Shown here: positions 13,685 through 27,625 of the stretch, piece by piece
Layout of the letters: the number at the start of each line of letters is the position of its first letter
Position numbering within the stretch: position 1 is the stretch's first letter
Assembly (NCBI RefSeq): GCF_028641065.1
Contig: NC_073380.1
Span: 65,906,001-65,970,000, forward strand
Length of the DNA stretch: 64,000 bases
From: Leucoraja erinacea
Lineage: Eukaryota
Direction of reading: 5' to 3'
Made by a program: the position numbers and the translations under genes
The notes under the pieces: generated by a model
Told to the model about the DNA's origin: nothing
The model's database searches: none
The model's input: the letters and a program-made list of their open reading frames with translations, nothing else

Positions 13685-13885
13685 AAGGAACTGCAGGTGC
13701 TGGTTGACAGAAAAAAAGCAAAGTGCTGGAGTAAACCAGTGGGTCAGGCAGCATCTCTGGAGAACATGGCTAGGTGACGGGTCAGGTCTTCAGTCAAAAA
13801 GAGTCCTGACTCAAAACATCACTATTCATATTCTCCAGAGATGCTACCTGACCCGACGAGTTACTCCAGCATTTTGTGGCTTTTT
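13685..13885. mobile_element. Palindromic Penelope-type short repeat
   Basis: tgctggagtaa...gggtcaggcagcatctctggagaa is inverted as ttctccagagatgctacctgaccc...ttactccagca around a decayed hammerhead-like centre. Confidence 0.7.
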
Positions 13886-13983
13886 CTTCTGGGACTGATG
13901 ATGATATGGTACCAGCTATTTAGTTAAAATAAAATGTTAACACCAAAGTCCATTATCTTGAACCAATTTATTATTTCCAGTTC

Positions 13984-14578
13984 TTTTTTTTTTTTTTTTT
14001 TATTTTTTTATTTTTATTAGAAGTACGGTAAATTACAATACTACACAACACATATATCTTAATACATTTTTTGTACCGCTTCATTTTTTTTGAGCTTTAA
14101 GAAAAAGGTAGAAGTAAGGAAAGTAAAGAAAGTGCGCGAGAGTCGTGAAGTGCAAGAGTGTTGGGAAAAGAAAGCCCCTTAGAAAAGAAGTTAGAGAAGG
14201 AAGTAAAGTGAGAAAATAGACCCTAGAAAAGAAAGAAAGAGAAAATAGGAACAATCGCTCTATTATAACATTAAACTCCGCAGAAAGGGGACTACCAACC
14301 AAGTCTGTTTTTGTTGTTTTACCTCCCGTTACCAGGTCCTGATACCACTTATTTATATATTTGTTTTTTTTTAAATTACTATTGCACCTCATACTTGTAA
14401 TAGGTCCAGAAACATAGACCACGTCTTTTGGAATTGGTCTGCTTTACCTGCTAAGAGGAATCTCATCTCTTCCAGATGTAATGTTTCAAACATATTTGAT
14501 ATCCACATTTTTATTGTTGGTGTGGGCGCATTTTTCCAGAATTTAAGTATAAGCTTTTTTCCCATTATTAGCCCGTAT
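13984..14578 (-). mobile_element. 5'-truncated L1 with poly(A) tail and 13-bp TSD
   Basis: Reverse complement closely matches 8512-9060; TSD ttatttccagttc at 13971-13983 and 14579-14591. Confidence 0.92.
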
Positions 14579-14775
14579 TTATTTCCAGTTCATCCACAAA
14601 TGTAATGACGAGAGACTAAACTGTGAAGGAGCTGTTTCCACCTCTCTCCCTGCCACCCCCTGTCCCGATGACAACATTAGCTCAGGAAGAAAACTAGGAA
14701 AATTAAGCTGTGAACACAAAATACTCCCTTCCATTTATTCACTAGTAAAGACTCATTTTTGTGAAATCACAGAAA

Positions 14776-15116
14776 ACTTGACGATGCCCCATCAACCATC
14801 CATTTACATAAGAAAATAGGAGCAGGAGACGGAGATCTTCCCAACTCAAAATCTGTAATTTTTCTACATGGGTACACTAAGCAATGTAGCACTCAAAGAG
14901 ATTTTTCCATTCGAGAAAAGCTGCACTCTATCCTCTATCCAGCTAATCCCTTTTATCCAGTAGATTTCAATTTTCTTTGCCATGCCTCTTATACCTTAAA
15001 CACTCTTGTCAAAATTGATCACTTGCTAAATCGTGAAAAGGCCTTGAGGGACTGAGTCACCATCTTCTGCTCCCGTTTTCTTATACAAATGGATGGTTGA
15101 AGGGGCAGTATCAAGT
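14776..15116. repeat. Imperfect 57-bp inverted repeat with 227-bp spacer
   Basis: 14776-14832 against the reverse complement of 15060-15116: about 47 of 57 matches by eye. Confidence 0.8.
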
Positions 15117-16354
15117 ATAAAGCCACACTAATGAATTTCAGAGTGCTTCCTAACATGGAGTGCCCCAAATTAGGTCTCTCCATCAGCATGTGAATATGGA
15201 TTTTAAATAGGTTAAGGCACTACGATAGACTCAAGAATTAAGTTAAGAGCACTTGGAAGCTGGGGTCAAGTAGCAGCTTGTAAATTAGATTGTTGGAAGA
15301 GAGAAATTTAGAAGGCAAAGATGGTTATTCAAAATAGCTGAAGGTGGTAAGAGGTGTAACATTGGGACAATTACACAAATTATTTGCATTTGGGAATCAG
15401 AAACACATCAAAATTTGCATATGATACCAAATGGCCAGCAAAGAGCAAAACTATGAAAGCAGTACAGGTAGATAATTTAATAGATGGTTTTATAAAATAG
15501 GGCGTGCGTTTGGTATTTGGAATAAAAAGTAATAAATAAATGAGAGAAACTAAACAGAGCTGTTTCGGGACCGAGGATTACATATTAACAAAAATGTTGC
15601 GACCAATGACACAAGCTAATGAAGCTACAGAAATGCAAACAAAGCATTTATAGAAACAGATTTCAAAAGCAGAAGTTGGTTATGTTCCAAAACACCTTTT
15701 CACACTTAAGAGTACAGTGTAAGATGGAGACCAGGCCAATGCAAAGATGATATCAGAAATGAGATGGTACAAGTATGAATAAAGATTGTCTGGGGAGGGT
15801 TGCTTATCATTAGAAAAGAATAATGGTTGGTTTGATCAAAATCTTTATTTTTTTTAAGAAGCAGATGCAAAGCTGTTTCCATGTAGGAAGAAACAATTAT
15901 CATCAAAACACGCAGTAAGCAAATCAGAGGAAACTTTCAGCACTCTCTGCCCAAAGAAATGTGAAGCTCACTACCACAAGTAACAGATGAATTTGAGGGA
16001 TGCACACAAGGTTGAAAAGAACAAAATAATCATATGACATGGGAGATTAAGTGATCAGTGCAAGAGAAAGCTCATATGGAACTTAAACACACATATAACC
16101 AAAATGTGCAGTTCTTGAGCCCCAATGTTTACATAATTCCAACATTTAATCATCTTCCTGAAGTGTGGTGTCCAGAATGGTACCACAGTCCGTCTCTGAT
16201 TTGTAAATATTTAGCACAAATTCAATTTTTTGTAGTCAAGCCCACCTATTTGCAAAGCTAAATACCACATATTTTGTTACGCTTCTCAACAACCTATCCT
16301 GCTGCCAATTGTGACTGTGCATGCCGTAGACTGCTTGTTCTCCACATTTAAACT

Positions 16355-16937
16355 AGTACTGTTCAGGGGGACTGTCGAGAGCACACTGACATACGGCATC
16401 ACTTCCTGGTTCGGGAGCTGCAAGGCGTACGAACGGCACCAACTGGACAGGATAGTGAGGACCGCAAGCAGGATTATTGGTGCTCCACTACCCTTCCTGC
16501 TGGACATATACAAGAAGAGATGCATCAACAGAGCCATCTCCATCATCAAAGACCTTTACCACCCATCACATGACTTTTTCACCATCCTCCCATCTGGGAA
16601 GAGGTACAGGAGCATCAGCTGCAAAACCAGCAGGATGCTCCTCAGCTTCTTCCCACAGGCTATAAGACTGTTAAATGAACTTTCCCCCCTGCCAAGTATC
16701 GCGCACAAACCCCCCACACTGCAGCAGAGCCACTGTTGTGCCGCTGCCGGTCGGAACGGCTGTTGAATGTTATTGAATGTGATTAGAGGGTTAAATTGTT
16801 CATGACTGTATTTTAATTTTAATTGCTATTTATTTTGTAACGAAAACTGAACGGACACTGGTTGAGAAACGTTTTTTTGTTTCCTCTGAGTATGCGAATA
16901 CTCAGGAAATGACAATAAAGATTTACAATTACAATTA
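16355..16937 (+). mobile_element. Rex1/Babar-type LINE 3' fragment
   Basis: FRGTVESTLTYGITSWFG...HPSH...LPSGKRYRS...SFFPQAIRLLN; aataaa and (ttacaa)n tail. Confidence 0.8.
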
Positions 16938-18944
16938 TATTTCTCTTTCTACTTACACTTGTGCACATTGGCATGCATATGACTTCCATTTCCATCTCTC
17001 AACTAGAAGATCATTTGTAATGCATGAACCTTTACAATGTGTCCAAGGATCCATAGGTACAGCACTTTTGTTTCTTTTGATTAAACTCAACTGAGCAAGA
17101 ATCTCAATCAGGACTATTGGACTTCATAGTTTCATGTCAGCGGAACATATACCCACTGCGTCTAGCAAACAGTTAGGCTGGAAATTTAGACACAGGCGCA
17201 AATCTGAGTGCAGATATGTCTACCATGCCCTAAATCTCTGGCCACAATTGGAAAACTAAGCATCCAAAAAGCCTATGTGCTTCAGACCATAGGGCTGGCC
17301 ACAATGGGCATCAGGTTAAGGCATCAGGTGTTCCCTTAGCTCTTTGCAATATTTCCCCTTGTTGCTTTCTTCTTAAAGATCAAATAGTACAAAGGGACCT
17401 AGCTTTTGCAGCTGGGTGTGTAATATAGGAACTATGAACATGTGGGGCTAGGCAGCTAGCAACATTTCCTGCTGTCTGAGTTAAATTACCATGTTTCAGC
17501 TCTGCCGTTGGCAAGTACAAGCCTTATTCTGCCGCCTGCGGTGGAGCCTTATTCATCTCTGACAATTTAAAGATGGAAACTTGGCAACACGGGGCTCTGC
17601 TCCTTTGTCTTTACTTTCATGTTATATCTATGTCACAGAACTCTCTCCCCAGGAAAGTCAGCCTTGAACCTTTCCAGAACAAATAAATGAATGCTACATT
17701 TAATTAAATTATTTTTGGAGACTTTCCCGCTCTTGCAAAGATGTTACCAATTGCCATGAGGTGATGGTGGGTGGATTCAAAGCTCTGCATTCCATCAACA
17801 TCTGCTGCCTTCCAAATTCACCCCAATATCATTAACTAATATTTGTAAGAATATTAATTAAAAAAACATTGTCCAAAAACATGTTCCCATTTTCATAATC
17901 AGCATATAAAAGATTATAAGAGGCCATACATTTCCCTTGAAGATAATAAAATTGGACAGCTGGGGCTCTTTCAGCCGAGCTTTGCCATCTACTTAAGAGT
18001 TATTTACAATGCACTGTAATCCTGGCAGAGTGCTTGATGTGAGAAATCTGGGGTGTTTGAGTGGTGGGCAGAAAGGAAGAAAACAACATGACATTGAAAT
18101 ATGCTTCTAATGCAGCAGCCTTATTGAACCAGTGCTTATTGAACTGACAAAAATAAGAATCCATTGCAAGCAGAATTGGATTTGTACAATGAGTGTATTT
18201 CTCATCAATAAAATCCCTTTTCAAGCATCTAATATGTGTATTGTTCCTATTTGACATACAAATTGTTATGTAAAGGTAAACTGTTGAAGAAGTAATGTAG
18301 GAACCTGTATCAGCAGAATAGGGCTTAGAGGCATTTTTTGGATTTCTGATAAGCTACAAGCAAGTTCAGTAACTCCCCACAGTAACTAATGCATTGGAAT
18401 TGATATGATAGATTAATTTAAAAGGATTCTCAAGCTAAAGTAAAGCTTTGATGCTGTATTGGGATTCATGCCACGGAATGTCAGAGATCTGTCATATGAA
18501 GTTGGGACATTGTGGGGCAGATAGCTCTTATTGTGTACATGAAGTAATGGAAGCACACAATATGCATGGCAGAAAATGTCACACAGCACATACTGTACCA
18601 GGTAAAAATACTACTGCAGTGATAACTATAAAATGCTTACATTAATATTCAAAGGTAGAAGACTGCTTTTCAAATGTTCTCAAAAATCAGAAAATCTGCA
18701 TGGTATAATTTGTAAAGCACATTATATAATAGTATTTAATAATTCACAGAGAATTAAATGGAGTTTTCAGTAACCAACGAGGACTGGACTATTGATGTAC
18801 TTATTATATGTAAGCAACAAAATAAGAAATACAGATTATCTACAAACAACTGCTGATAACGAAAACCCACTGTGCAATCTAGGGCCAGATTTCACCGTTA
18901 AAGGATTTCCCAATTAATGCTCCTGTTTTGGTTATCTTTTCATG

Positions 18945-19013
18945 TATTTTGTGCTGGCAGATCAATTTCTATCCTGGGATAAATTTAAGTTCTATCGTAT
19001 CGTCTCGTATCGT
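18945..19013 (+). mobile_element. Very short retroposon 3' end with (TATCG)n tail
   Basis: cctgggataaatttaagttc followed by tatcgtatcgtctcgtatcgt. Confidence 0.4.
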
Positions 19014-19994
19014 TATATTTTTGGCCAAATGACACAAACATTTCAGAGACAGTTAAATATTGCATCATTAAGGACTTAAAGAAACAGGCATTGCACTAGG
19101 TCACTTAAACCTCCTCCACCATTCAGTGAGCATAACTGCTTCAAAGTTTGTTTCAACACACTTTCCCACTTCTGCCTTGAAAATATTAAATGATCACATC
19201 TCTCTGGGTAGGGGATTCCAAAGATACATTCGAACATCACCTTAAAGATTTGGATTTGTTCCGAATTGTCTTCCATTTTTATTTAAACCATTAACTGCTT
19301 TAATCAACAGGGTCACCTGTTTGTTTCATCTAAACAAAATATTCCATTCATATCTGTTCAAAACGATGCAATTGTCAGATCAATTGTTTCAGGTATATAA
19401 TTATTAGCTCAAAGTGAGAAGCAAACTATTGTAACTGTTATGATTTTATTGTGGAAATGAAATACCTGTATAAATTCGACAAAATGCCATTGCTTGTGGC
19501 AATTTGAAAGTAGCCAGGCTCAACCAAGAAATATGTGGGGCAGTTATGGGGTGGATTACTTGATTGAATGCTAAGCTACACTGGCAAATAGCATTTTGTT
19601 TGTCATCATTTAAATTATGAAGCCGATAAATGGCTTGAATCACAAACCTTCAACAGCACTCATTTCCTTCTTAGTCTTTCATTTACTAAGAAAGAAACCA
19701 ATTCAAATAGATTTAAAGCTTGTCTTTACTGTTGTTTAGTATTAGCAGATACAATTCTATAGTTGAATTAACAAATTGCTATATTGTACGTTTTGTTATT
19801 CTTTATTTGTACAAGAAAATACGGTCAATATTTGACACAATTCTCCAACTGAAATGACGACATGCAATTGTCCAAATATTAAATGAGGAATTTCAGCTTC
19901 ACAGTTTTCATCGGAAAAGAAAAAACAGTTCAAAGGAAGCAACTTTGTTTTATGGGCTGGAAACTGCTTCCTTTTGCCAGTTTCTGCGGGACTT

Positions 19995-20438
19995 TGATAT
20001 CGCGGAGCTTGCGATCCCTTTGACGGTGATCGAATCTCCAACCTCGGGGCCTGTGGACTTTAACACCGTGAAGTCTCTGATAAGACGAGGCCAACTCGGG
20101 AGTACCAAGCTAAGGAGAGAGTTTCAACTGCCCCGACGCGGGAGTTTCGATCACTCCGACGGGGGCTTCCATCGTCGGCTGCGGGGGCTTTGATTGCCCC
20201 AACTGCAGATGGTTTGACTACCCCGACCGCGGGAGAACAAGAGGGAGAAGATTGAACTTTACTGCCTTCCATCACAGTGAGGAATGTGGGGAGCAGTTGT
20301 GGCGGATGTTTATGTTAACTTTTATTTTATGTGGCTGCGTGTCTTGTTGCTTTTCACTTAGTATGGCTGTATGGTAACTCAAATTTCACTGTTCCTTAAT
20401 TGACACATGAGACAATAAACTGACCTTGAAACCTTGAA
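19995..20438 (+). mobile_element. Non-coding retroposon with CpG-rich internal repeats and a LINE-like tail
   Basis: Repeated ccccgac-gcggg units; 3' end tttcactgt...gacaataaactgaccttgaaaccttgaa. Confidence 0.55.
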
Positions 20439-20882
20439 CTATTCTCACTCATAAAATAAATGTTTGATCAGCAAATATGTAAGAGTTTACAGCGAGTACT
20501 GAAAGAAGAGCACATTTGAATTATGCAAAGACTAGTTTTTTTCAAGTGTTCCTTGCAGTTAACGAACAATATATTTAGAAACCAGAAAAGCAGAATCTTT
20601 CAACTATGTGGCCTCAAGCTGAGGATATATAATTGTTGAGTCATCCATTTTAAATGAGATAGAAAATCATAATCAAACGGGAGCATATTTTCTAAATCTA
20701 TATTCCTTCATTATATTGTTATAATGAGAGAACACCAAAATTGCAAGAACTGTCTAATAGTACTTTTATCTTCAACGTAAATGTTAAAAATCATATTTTC
20801 AGATATGGTCATGCTAATAATGCTTAAAATAAATTCAGAGGTTAGTCAGGGCATGGCAAACCTATGCTATATGATTACTCAC

Positions 20883-21642
20883 CTCGAAGCTGCTATATCC
20901 ATCTTCGTTCTTGCAATTGCTGCAGCTCTATGTGCTCCTTCTAATGCTCTCTCCACTTTTTCTTTAATTTTGCTGGTTCTAATGGGTATAAGGTGCTTTT
21001 TCTTTCCTCGAACCAAAATGTTATTTTTATATTTTCCTTCTTCTTTAGTGCCATCAGGAAAGGTAGTAGATCCATAACCATTCCTCTGATTATTCAACCA
21101 TTCTCCCTCATACTTCATACCATTTGAACGCTCGCTTACACCAAACCCACTTCGTTTATCATTTTTCCATTCCCCCACATACGATTCAGTTGTAGTAGCA
21201 TCAACATGATCTTCCACTGGTAAATATTCAGAATCACCTTCTCCAAAACTGATTGTCGAATTAGCATCACTATTTGCCGAACTTATTCTACTCATTGATG
21301 CTTCACTCCGAGCAGAGCTGCGTTTGCTGGCAAGCGACGACTTGGACTCAGACCTTTTGAGTTTTAGATTTCCCAGTAATGATCCTCTTCTGAAAAAGCC
21401 CTTCTTTTTACCAGTCATTAATTCCGTATCACTGTGAAAGGTGAGGACAAACCCACCTCTTGTCCCAGCTGGACTGTCTGCAGGTATATCTTGGAGAATT
21501 GTGCCATTGCTCTGTTCACTTCGAAGCGATGCTAGCGAGGTGCGGAGTGGCGAACGGATGACAGTGGCCATTCCAAATGGCACACTGTGACGTGCACCAT
21601 ATCCATGACGCATTCCTCCAGCCCATTGTCCCTGGTACGTTC
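20883..21642 (-). CDS. jph1: Junctophilin-1 coding exon 2 (MORN repeat, joining region, last MORN repeats, start of helical domain)
   Basis: Acceptor ttctgaag|GA completes the Gly codon from exon 1 and reads [16 protein letters not shown]...[17 protein letters not shown]...[17 protein letters not shown]...[16 protein letters not shown]. 760 nt, ending at AG|GTGAGT. Confidence 0.96.
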
Positions 21643-24164
21643 CTTCAGAACATGGATTAAAAATAAATTACAAAGTGCACTTGTGCTTAATTGTCATATA
21701 CCCAATAGAAATTGCAATGGGCATTTAAACCCTAGTTTCCAATAATTCAATCATTCTTGTCGAATCAAAAATATATTATTAGCAAATGTTAGCAGCCTTG
21801 TGAATGAATCAGATTGAAATCTGAAACTAGGTAATATATTATAGTGTTAATGTGCGGTGATCACTGGTCGGTGTGGACTCGGTGGGCCAAAGGACTGGTT
21901 TTCGCTCTGTACCGCCTAAATAAACTCTACACTAATCATCAATGTTAAGTACATCAATAGAAAATTATCTATACATTATTATTCATAAATATTCTTTACT
22001 TGCTGATAAAATCAATTATTTTTGATTCTTTCTGATGTGAAGCTTAATTTTGGAATAAAATATTTTCAGGATTCACCATATTGGAGAACTGTAAATTTGT
22101 TCTTTACATTACGATGATTCTCACAGCCACAAAAAAAACTGATCTGTGTCAAGATGTTTTGATTTTGTTGTTATGTTACTGCTCAGAATGCATACAGAAT
22201 ACACAAAAATAAAATGGTATGGAATATATTCTTAAATAACAATCCCAAACCAGGATGGGTGGAATCCAAATTCATAAATATAGGCATTTTAAAAATTGTA
22301 ATATTGTAGCTGATTTTTAGATGATGAAACTGTTTAGTACTTATTATCAGATATTTTGCAATATTTAATTTTACCTTTAAGTGTATCAAACAACCTAAAT
22401 ATCAATTTCTACTTGCTTAAAATACTACATGTATCTAACAAATTAATTCTCATTGGCAGAAATCAGCTGGATCTCAACAAAGGATGCAGCAAGATATAAT
22501 GCAGTGGGTTGGTGGCAAGAGAAAACAAAAGCTAGCAGCCATGCACGGTTTGAGTTCTGTAATCTGGACAACCTTTACTGTGCTGACTAAACCACGTTAG
22601 CATGTCTGAAATAAACTGCTCCAGTAATTCAAACAGATTTATTGCAATATTTTAAAACACAAAGCTAAAATTGTTTTAAACTGTTAAAACAGTGCCATTA
22701 ACTTTCATATATCTCACAATAGGCAGATGATATGCAGGAAATGGATGGATAGTGATCAGTGCAGGCAGGGGATATTAGTTTAACCTAGCATCATGTTCAG
22801 CACAAACATTATGGGCCAAATGGCCGGTTCCTGCACTGTACTGTTCTATGGAGACCATGTAGCATAAGTTTGCATAATCATTTCAAATCTCAATTTGTAC
22901 CCACAAATATAGAACAATATTCTATTTTTGTCTTTCTGCAGTTATTCATTTAACTGAAAAAATAATATTAAATATTAGAACAAGCCTTGATATACATTTA
23001 TCACTTGAGGCAAAAATCTGATATTTCTTCTACCATATTAGAGAATATTAGGTATTGTATTTAAGGTAATGTGCATGATATTCCAATAGCTTTATATTAC
23101 ATCTTTATTAAATATTTGGCATCTTAAGGCAATGTAAAATAAACACTTCTTTTTTTGTTTTTAATTAGAAAAATATTGTGGATTTTAGTAATATGCAGGT
23201 TTTCCCAGAAGCTTGAAGAAGGAACCTATTACATTAGATATTACATTGTTTTAGATTGTGATCTTCAGCAGTGCAAAAATGTTAAGCATGAAAAGATGTG
23301 ATTTCTCCTCCCACAGCCCATTTTTAATAATTCTTATGAATCTGTCAACACTAAAAACAAAGATGCTCAGTAATTCATCGCATTTTTTAAAGAAATGTGG
23401 AATGGAAAGATATTCTGATTAGTTTATTGCATATTGTTTGCAAATCTGAAGCATTGGACACTTAACAGAAAGAATTAATTAATTTTATATTTCAACAGCT
23501 TGTTTTGCTGTGGAAGAAGATTTTAGGCAAAACAAAGTAGTCATTTTTAAAAAGGTATCAAAATTAGCAACAAATGTTCTTGAGAGTACTAATGGCCAAA
23601 CAACCATGTTTTTTTCTTTACGTTATTCCTAGATTTATACTCACCAGCCTCAGAAATAACCCACAACTTTGTTACTGATCTACCTGCGACTGTCCTTTAA
23701 TGTTGAACAAAGGTACTCCGATGATTTACTGCAGTCAGCTGATTCAACGTGTAGTTAACTATTTTCCAAGAATGAATTATTGCGTCATCTTGAAAACAAA
23801 CTCCTTAAACAAACTGGATTTTTGGAGTATAGATTGCCACAGAAATTATTTCTTAAGTTCATAATCTTTCGTAATTTCAGTATAATCTTTTAATGTTTTA
23901 ATTAAAATTAGATGATAAGGAAAGATCATTTCACATTGCAGAATGTTCTGCAGTTCCATCAAGCGCCATGGAAACCATTATGTAAAAGACTGTGTATAAA
24001 ATATGATTGGATGTTCTGAAAAGCGATAATTATTCCACATTAATGAGGAAAGTAAGTTGTGTCAGATACGGAAGGCAGAGAGAGAGAGAGAGGTATCAGA
24101 TCTACCGAAGGAAGATCCTCATGTTTGAATTCTAACTACTAAAACAGAGAGACCTACAAGAGTA

Positions 24165-24845
24165 CATTGAAAATTTGGAGTATTGGGTGCAGTTCTGGAC
24201 ATCACACTAAAGGGAGGATGTGGGTACAATGAAGAGCTCGACAGAGCTCATAAAGATAACGGAGTCAAGGGATATGGGGAGAAGGCAAGAACTGGGTACT
24301 GATTGTGGAAGATCAGCCATGAACACATTGAACACATTGAATTGTCTATTGTCTATGGTGTACAGGAGATTAACCAGGATGTTGCCTGGATTGGAAGACT
24401 TCGGTTTACAGGTGCACTTCAGAAAGACTGCTAGATTTCCCTGGAATTAAAAAAGCTGAGGGGTAACCTGATGGAGATATACAAAATTATATAAAAAGCA
24501 TAGACACGGTAGTTAGAATCTTTTTCCCATGGTAGAAGAGTTAAAAACAAGAGGGTGTTGGGTTAAGGTGGGAGAAAATATTTTAATAGAGGATTGAAGG
24601 GGAAAGATTTCATTTTTACACACACACAGAGTGGTTGAAATGTGGAACTCACTGACAGAGGAGATGGTGGATGGTCAGATACAATCACTACATTTAAGAG
24701 CCACATTTAAGGCACTTGAATAGGCATGGTACAGCAGGGGACAGATTTAGAGTGGGCAAGTAGGATTAGTGTCAATGGGCAGAAAGATTGGCACATACGG
24801 GGTGTGCCAAAGGACCCATTTCTGTGCTGCACAATTCTCTGACTT
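24165..24845 (+). mobile_element. Decayed CR1 3' fragments
   Basis: ttggagtattgggtgcagttctgg, ctgaggggtaacctgat and cagagtggttgaaatgtggaactcact match CR1 ORF2 3' motifs. Confidence 0.75.
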
Positions 24846-25149
24846 CAATGATATCCTTCAATAAATAAAATGAATAACCTCCCATATTCACCAACTCTTC
24901 TCTCAACACCTGGGTTCCAGTTCAAGAACTGCAGACATTTATTCCAATTATGGAAGGAAATCAAAAATCACTGTCTTTGGTTTTGGCCTAACTGAGACCT
25001 AGTAGCCTTATCCTCTCTTCAGCAAGGTAACATAACAATGGATAATAGTCTTCATCTATTTTAATTATGCTTCATGTTGAAACCTTAACTCCTCGCACTG
25101 TTACCTTGTTTATTCCAGTGGATGAAACTAGCTCTCCTAGTTGTCAATA

Positions 25150-25400
25150 TCCTAATTTACACCATGTTGCAATCATCCATCACTCGCCAGTCTCCATGGC
25201 TTTCAGTTCAGCAATATCGTGATCTTAAAATTGTCATATTTCAACTTTTTGATTGCTACTTGGCCGTGCCCCTCTCATTATCTGTAACCCAAAACCTCTG
25301 AAATGTACACACGCTTCCAATTCTGGCACTCAGCTGCCCTGGCCTTAATATCAGTAGATGCTAAACTAAGCTTCACTTCTTCTCTACAAATCAATCTTAC
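25150..25400 (+). mobile_element. Old L2-like LINE remnant
   Basis: Degenerate match to the L2 ORF2 C-terminal region (ctccatggct...ttaaaatt...gcccctc). Confidence 0.35.
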
Positions 25401-26859
25401 TTCTAAATCATCCTAAAAGGAAATTTTGTTAATCGGCCATTTGATCACCAGGCCTATATTGTTTAAGATGCCCTCATAAAGCATCTTACAGTGTTTTAAC
25501 TGCCCAGAACTTCCAGAAAATCGCGAGCCACATTTGCCAAGGCCAATCTGCCACTTGGTAATTCTGAAGTTATAACCTGTGAATCCAGTCTCAAGTTCCA
25601 GTCTGGTGCTAGCTTGACTGGCCACAGAGCAGCCCTGGGAGGTGTCAAGGGAAGGGGAAAGCAGAGGTGGGGGAAAGTGGAAGACACTTAGAACAACTCC
25701 TGCCACAAAGAAGAGACTGACAAACCGAAGGCTAGGTCACACATTCCAATTTAGCTTGGTACCCAACCTGACAACATATTTTGAATGTTTCCAAATGATT
25801 TAAACCATTCAAAAATATTTAAAAAAAATTATAACATTACTTCCATTTGAACATTTATTAACAATTAACATACTTAACTAAATTGAATTTATCCGGAAAC
25901 TTGTAATTTGACTAATATTTGCCATACCCACTTGCTGCGGTTCCCCTCCATTCAATTTCATGGATTTACCGATTCTGTGTCAGACTTCTCTCTAGCTACA
26001 TACTGAAGAATTACCTCAAGTTAAGAATGAATTCTAAAGATTGGTGAATAGCACCAGGAAGTGCAGGCATCTATATTTGCACTTCCATATGTGAGAATAT
26101 GGATCTTGGTGACATTTGCAATGAACTACTTTAACCTGTCCACAAAATACCATGTCATTAAGTTGTTGTCAGTTATCTTTAATGTATATTATGGAATATT
26201 CTAAAACATGATTTTATTTTAGCTATTTATAGTAGTAACAGTTATAGGCAGAAAATCATTGACCCATGTAGCCAACTTATCCACAATATTCTCATGTTGC
26301 ATTTCTGCAACCAAATTCCATAGGAACTTGTCCAGTTCCTTTTTGAAATCATTTGTTTTTATTCTGCTATCCATGCTGTGACCAATTCTGCCTGCTTGCC
26401 TACTCGTTAATAAAATATAGTATTGCATCTTAAAATTTTATTTTATTTTACAAGTACAATTTCTTAGCATGAATGCTCCATGTGACATTTTTTTAAACCT
26501 ACCCTGGGTCCAATTTAGCTAAACTTTTTGTAAGATTTTGTAAGATTAACTAGAAATAAAAAGTAGGAAGGATCTCTCTTTGTTAGTAATAGCAGGATGA
26601 GACACAAAATGACGAGGAGGGAGCTAACTCTACCTTACCCTTCAGGAAGGTGATCAAACCTCATGAGGAATTCTAGCTTTTCTAGTTTTTTGTTGGTAGT
26701 GACCTGAACATTTGGGCAAAATAGCTCTAAATCACTGCCTCTCTCCAATGCTGTGCATGGAGATGGATAATGCAATTATGCACCTGGACAAATATCTAGT
26801 TTCATTACACCTGTTGTTAGGTAGACATTTGAAGCTTAGCATGAATGAATATAATCACA

Positions 26860-27625
26860 AATCAGCATACTAATATCGGCAGGAAATGACCCCCACAACA
26901 TTTGTATCAGCAGGCCAACCTCCAGAGCACCAGATAACATCAAAGGATGCAAGCATTCTGCAGCCTGCTCGGGATTGGAAAACGTGGACTTGGGAAAAAA
27001 AAAGCGTGTTTCCTCCAGACATTGTGGCTACAACACTCCGGCCAGACGTGGTCCTGTGGTCCTCAACAGCCAAGTTGGCATACATTGTGGAATTGACAGT
27101 ACCATGGGATGATGACGTTGAAGAAGCTTATGAGAGGAAAAAGACCAAGTACTCTGAACTGGCAACTGAAGCTGCCCAGAATGGCTGCTGGAAGACCATG
27201 ATTTTCCCTGTCGAAGTGGGATGCAGGGTTTTTTTTCTCTACATCTATGACCAGTCTATTGAAGAAAATAGGGATGAGGGGTCACTCCCTCCAACAAGCA
27301 ATCAAGTCATTGTCAAATTCAGCAGAAAAAAGCAGCAATTGGCTTTGAATTAAAAGGAAAGACAACAATTGGGCTGAAAGATGAAGACAGGAGGGTATGG
27401 AATTGGGGTGGGGGTGGGGGGGGGGGGGGGGGGGGGTGGGTGTAACTGGGATGCCAGGTATCACCGTTGAGCCTTCTGGAGATGTTGTGGACTTATCAAT
27501 GAAACATCAAAGGAGGGTGCCCACATGATGACCCCGATGACGTTCCTACCCTACCTTTCACCACTCCAATGCCACTGCCAAAATCAAGCGTGCCGACTTA
27601 CTAGAGAGATTGAAATATCAAGTCT
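26860..27625 (+). mobile_element. HERO-type (R2-group) non-LTR retrotransposon 3' fragment with restriction-like endonuclease
   Basis: TTLRPDVVLWS...ELTVPW...AYERKKTKY...PVEVGCR is the PD-(D/E)xK-type RLE signature typical of HERO elements; poly-G tract in the 3'UTR. Confidence 0.75.

Noticed and set aside
1-20882. jph1 exon 3 and later exons
   Set aside because: No matching peptide found by eye; probably outside the window, although a short exon could have been missed.
27470-27545. Hammerhead ribozyme in the HERO 3'UTR
   Set aside because: A gatgtt/aacatc stem and GAAAC are present but there is no correctly placed CUGANGA box.
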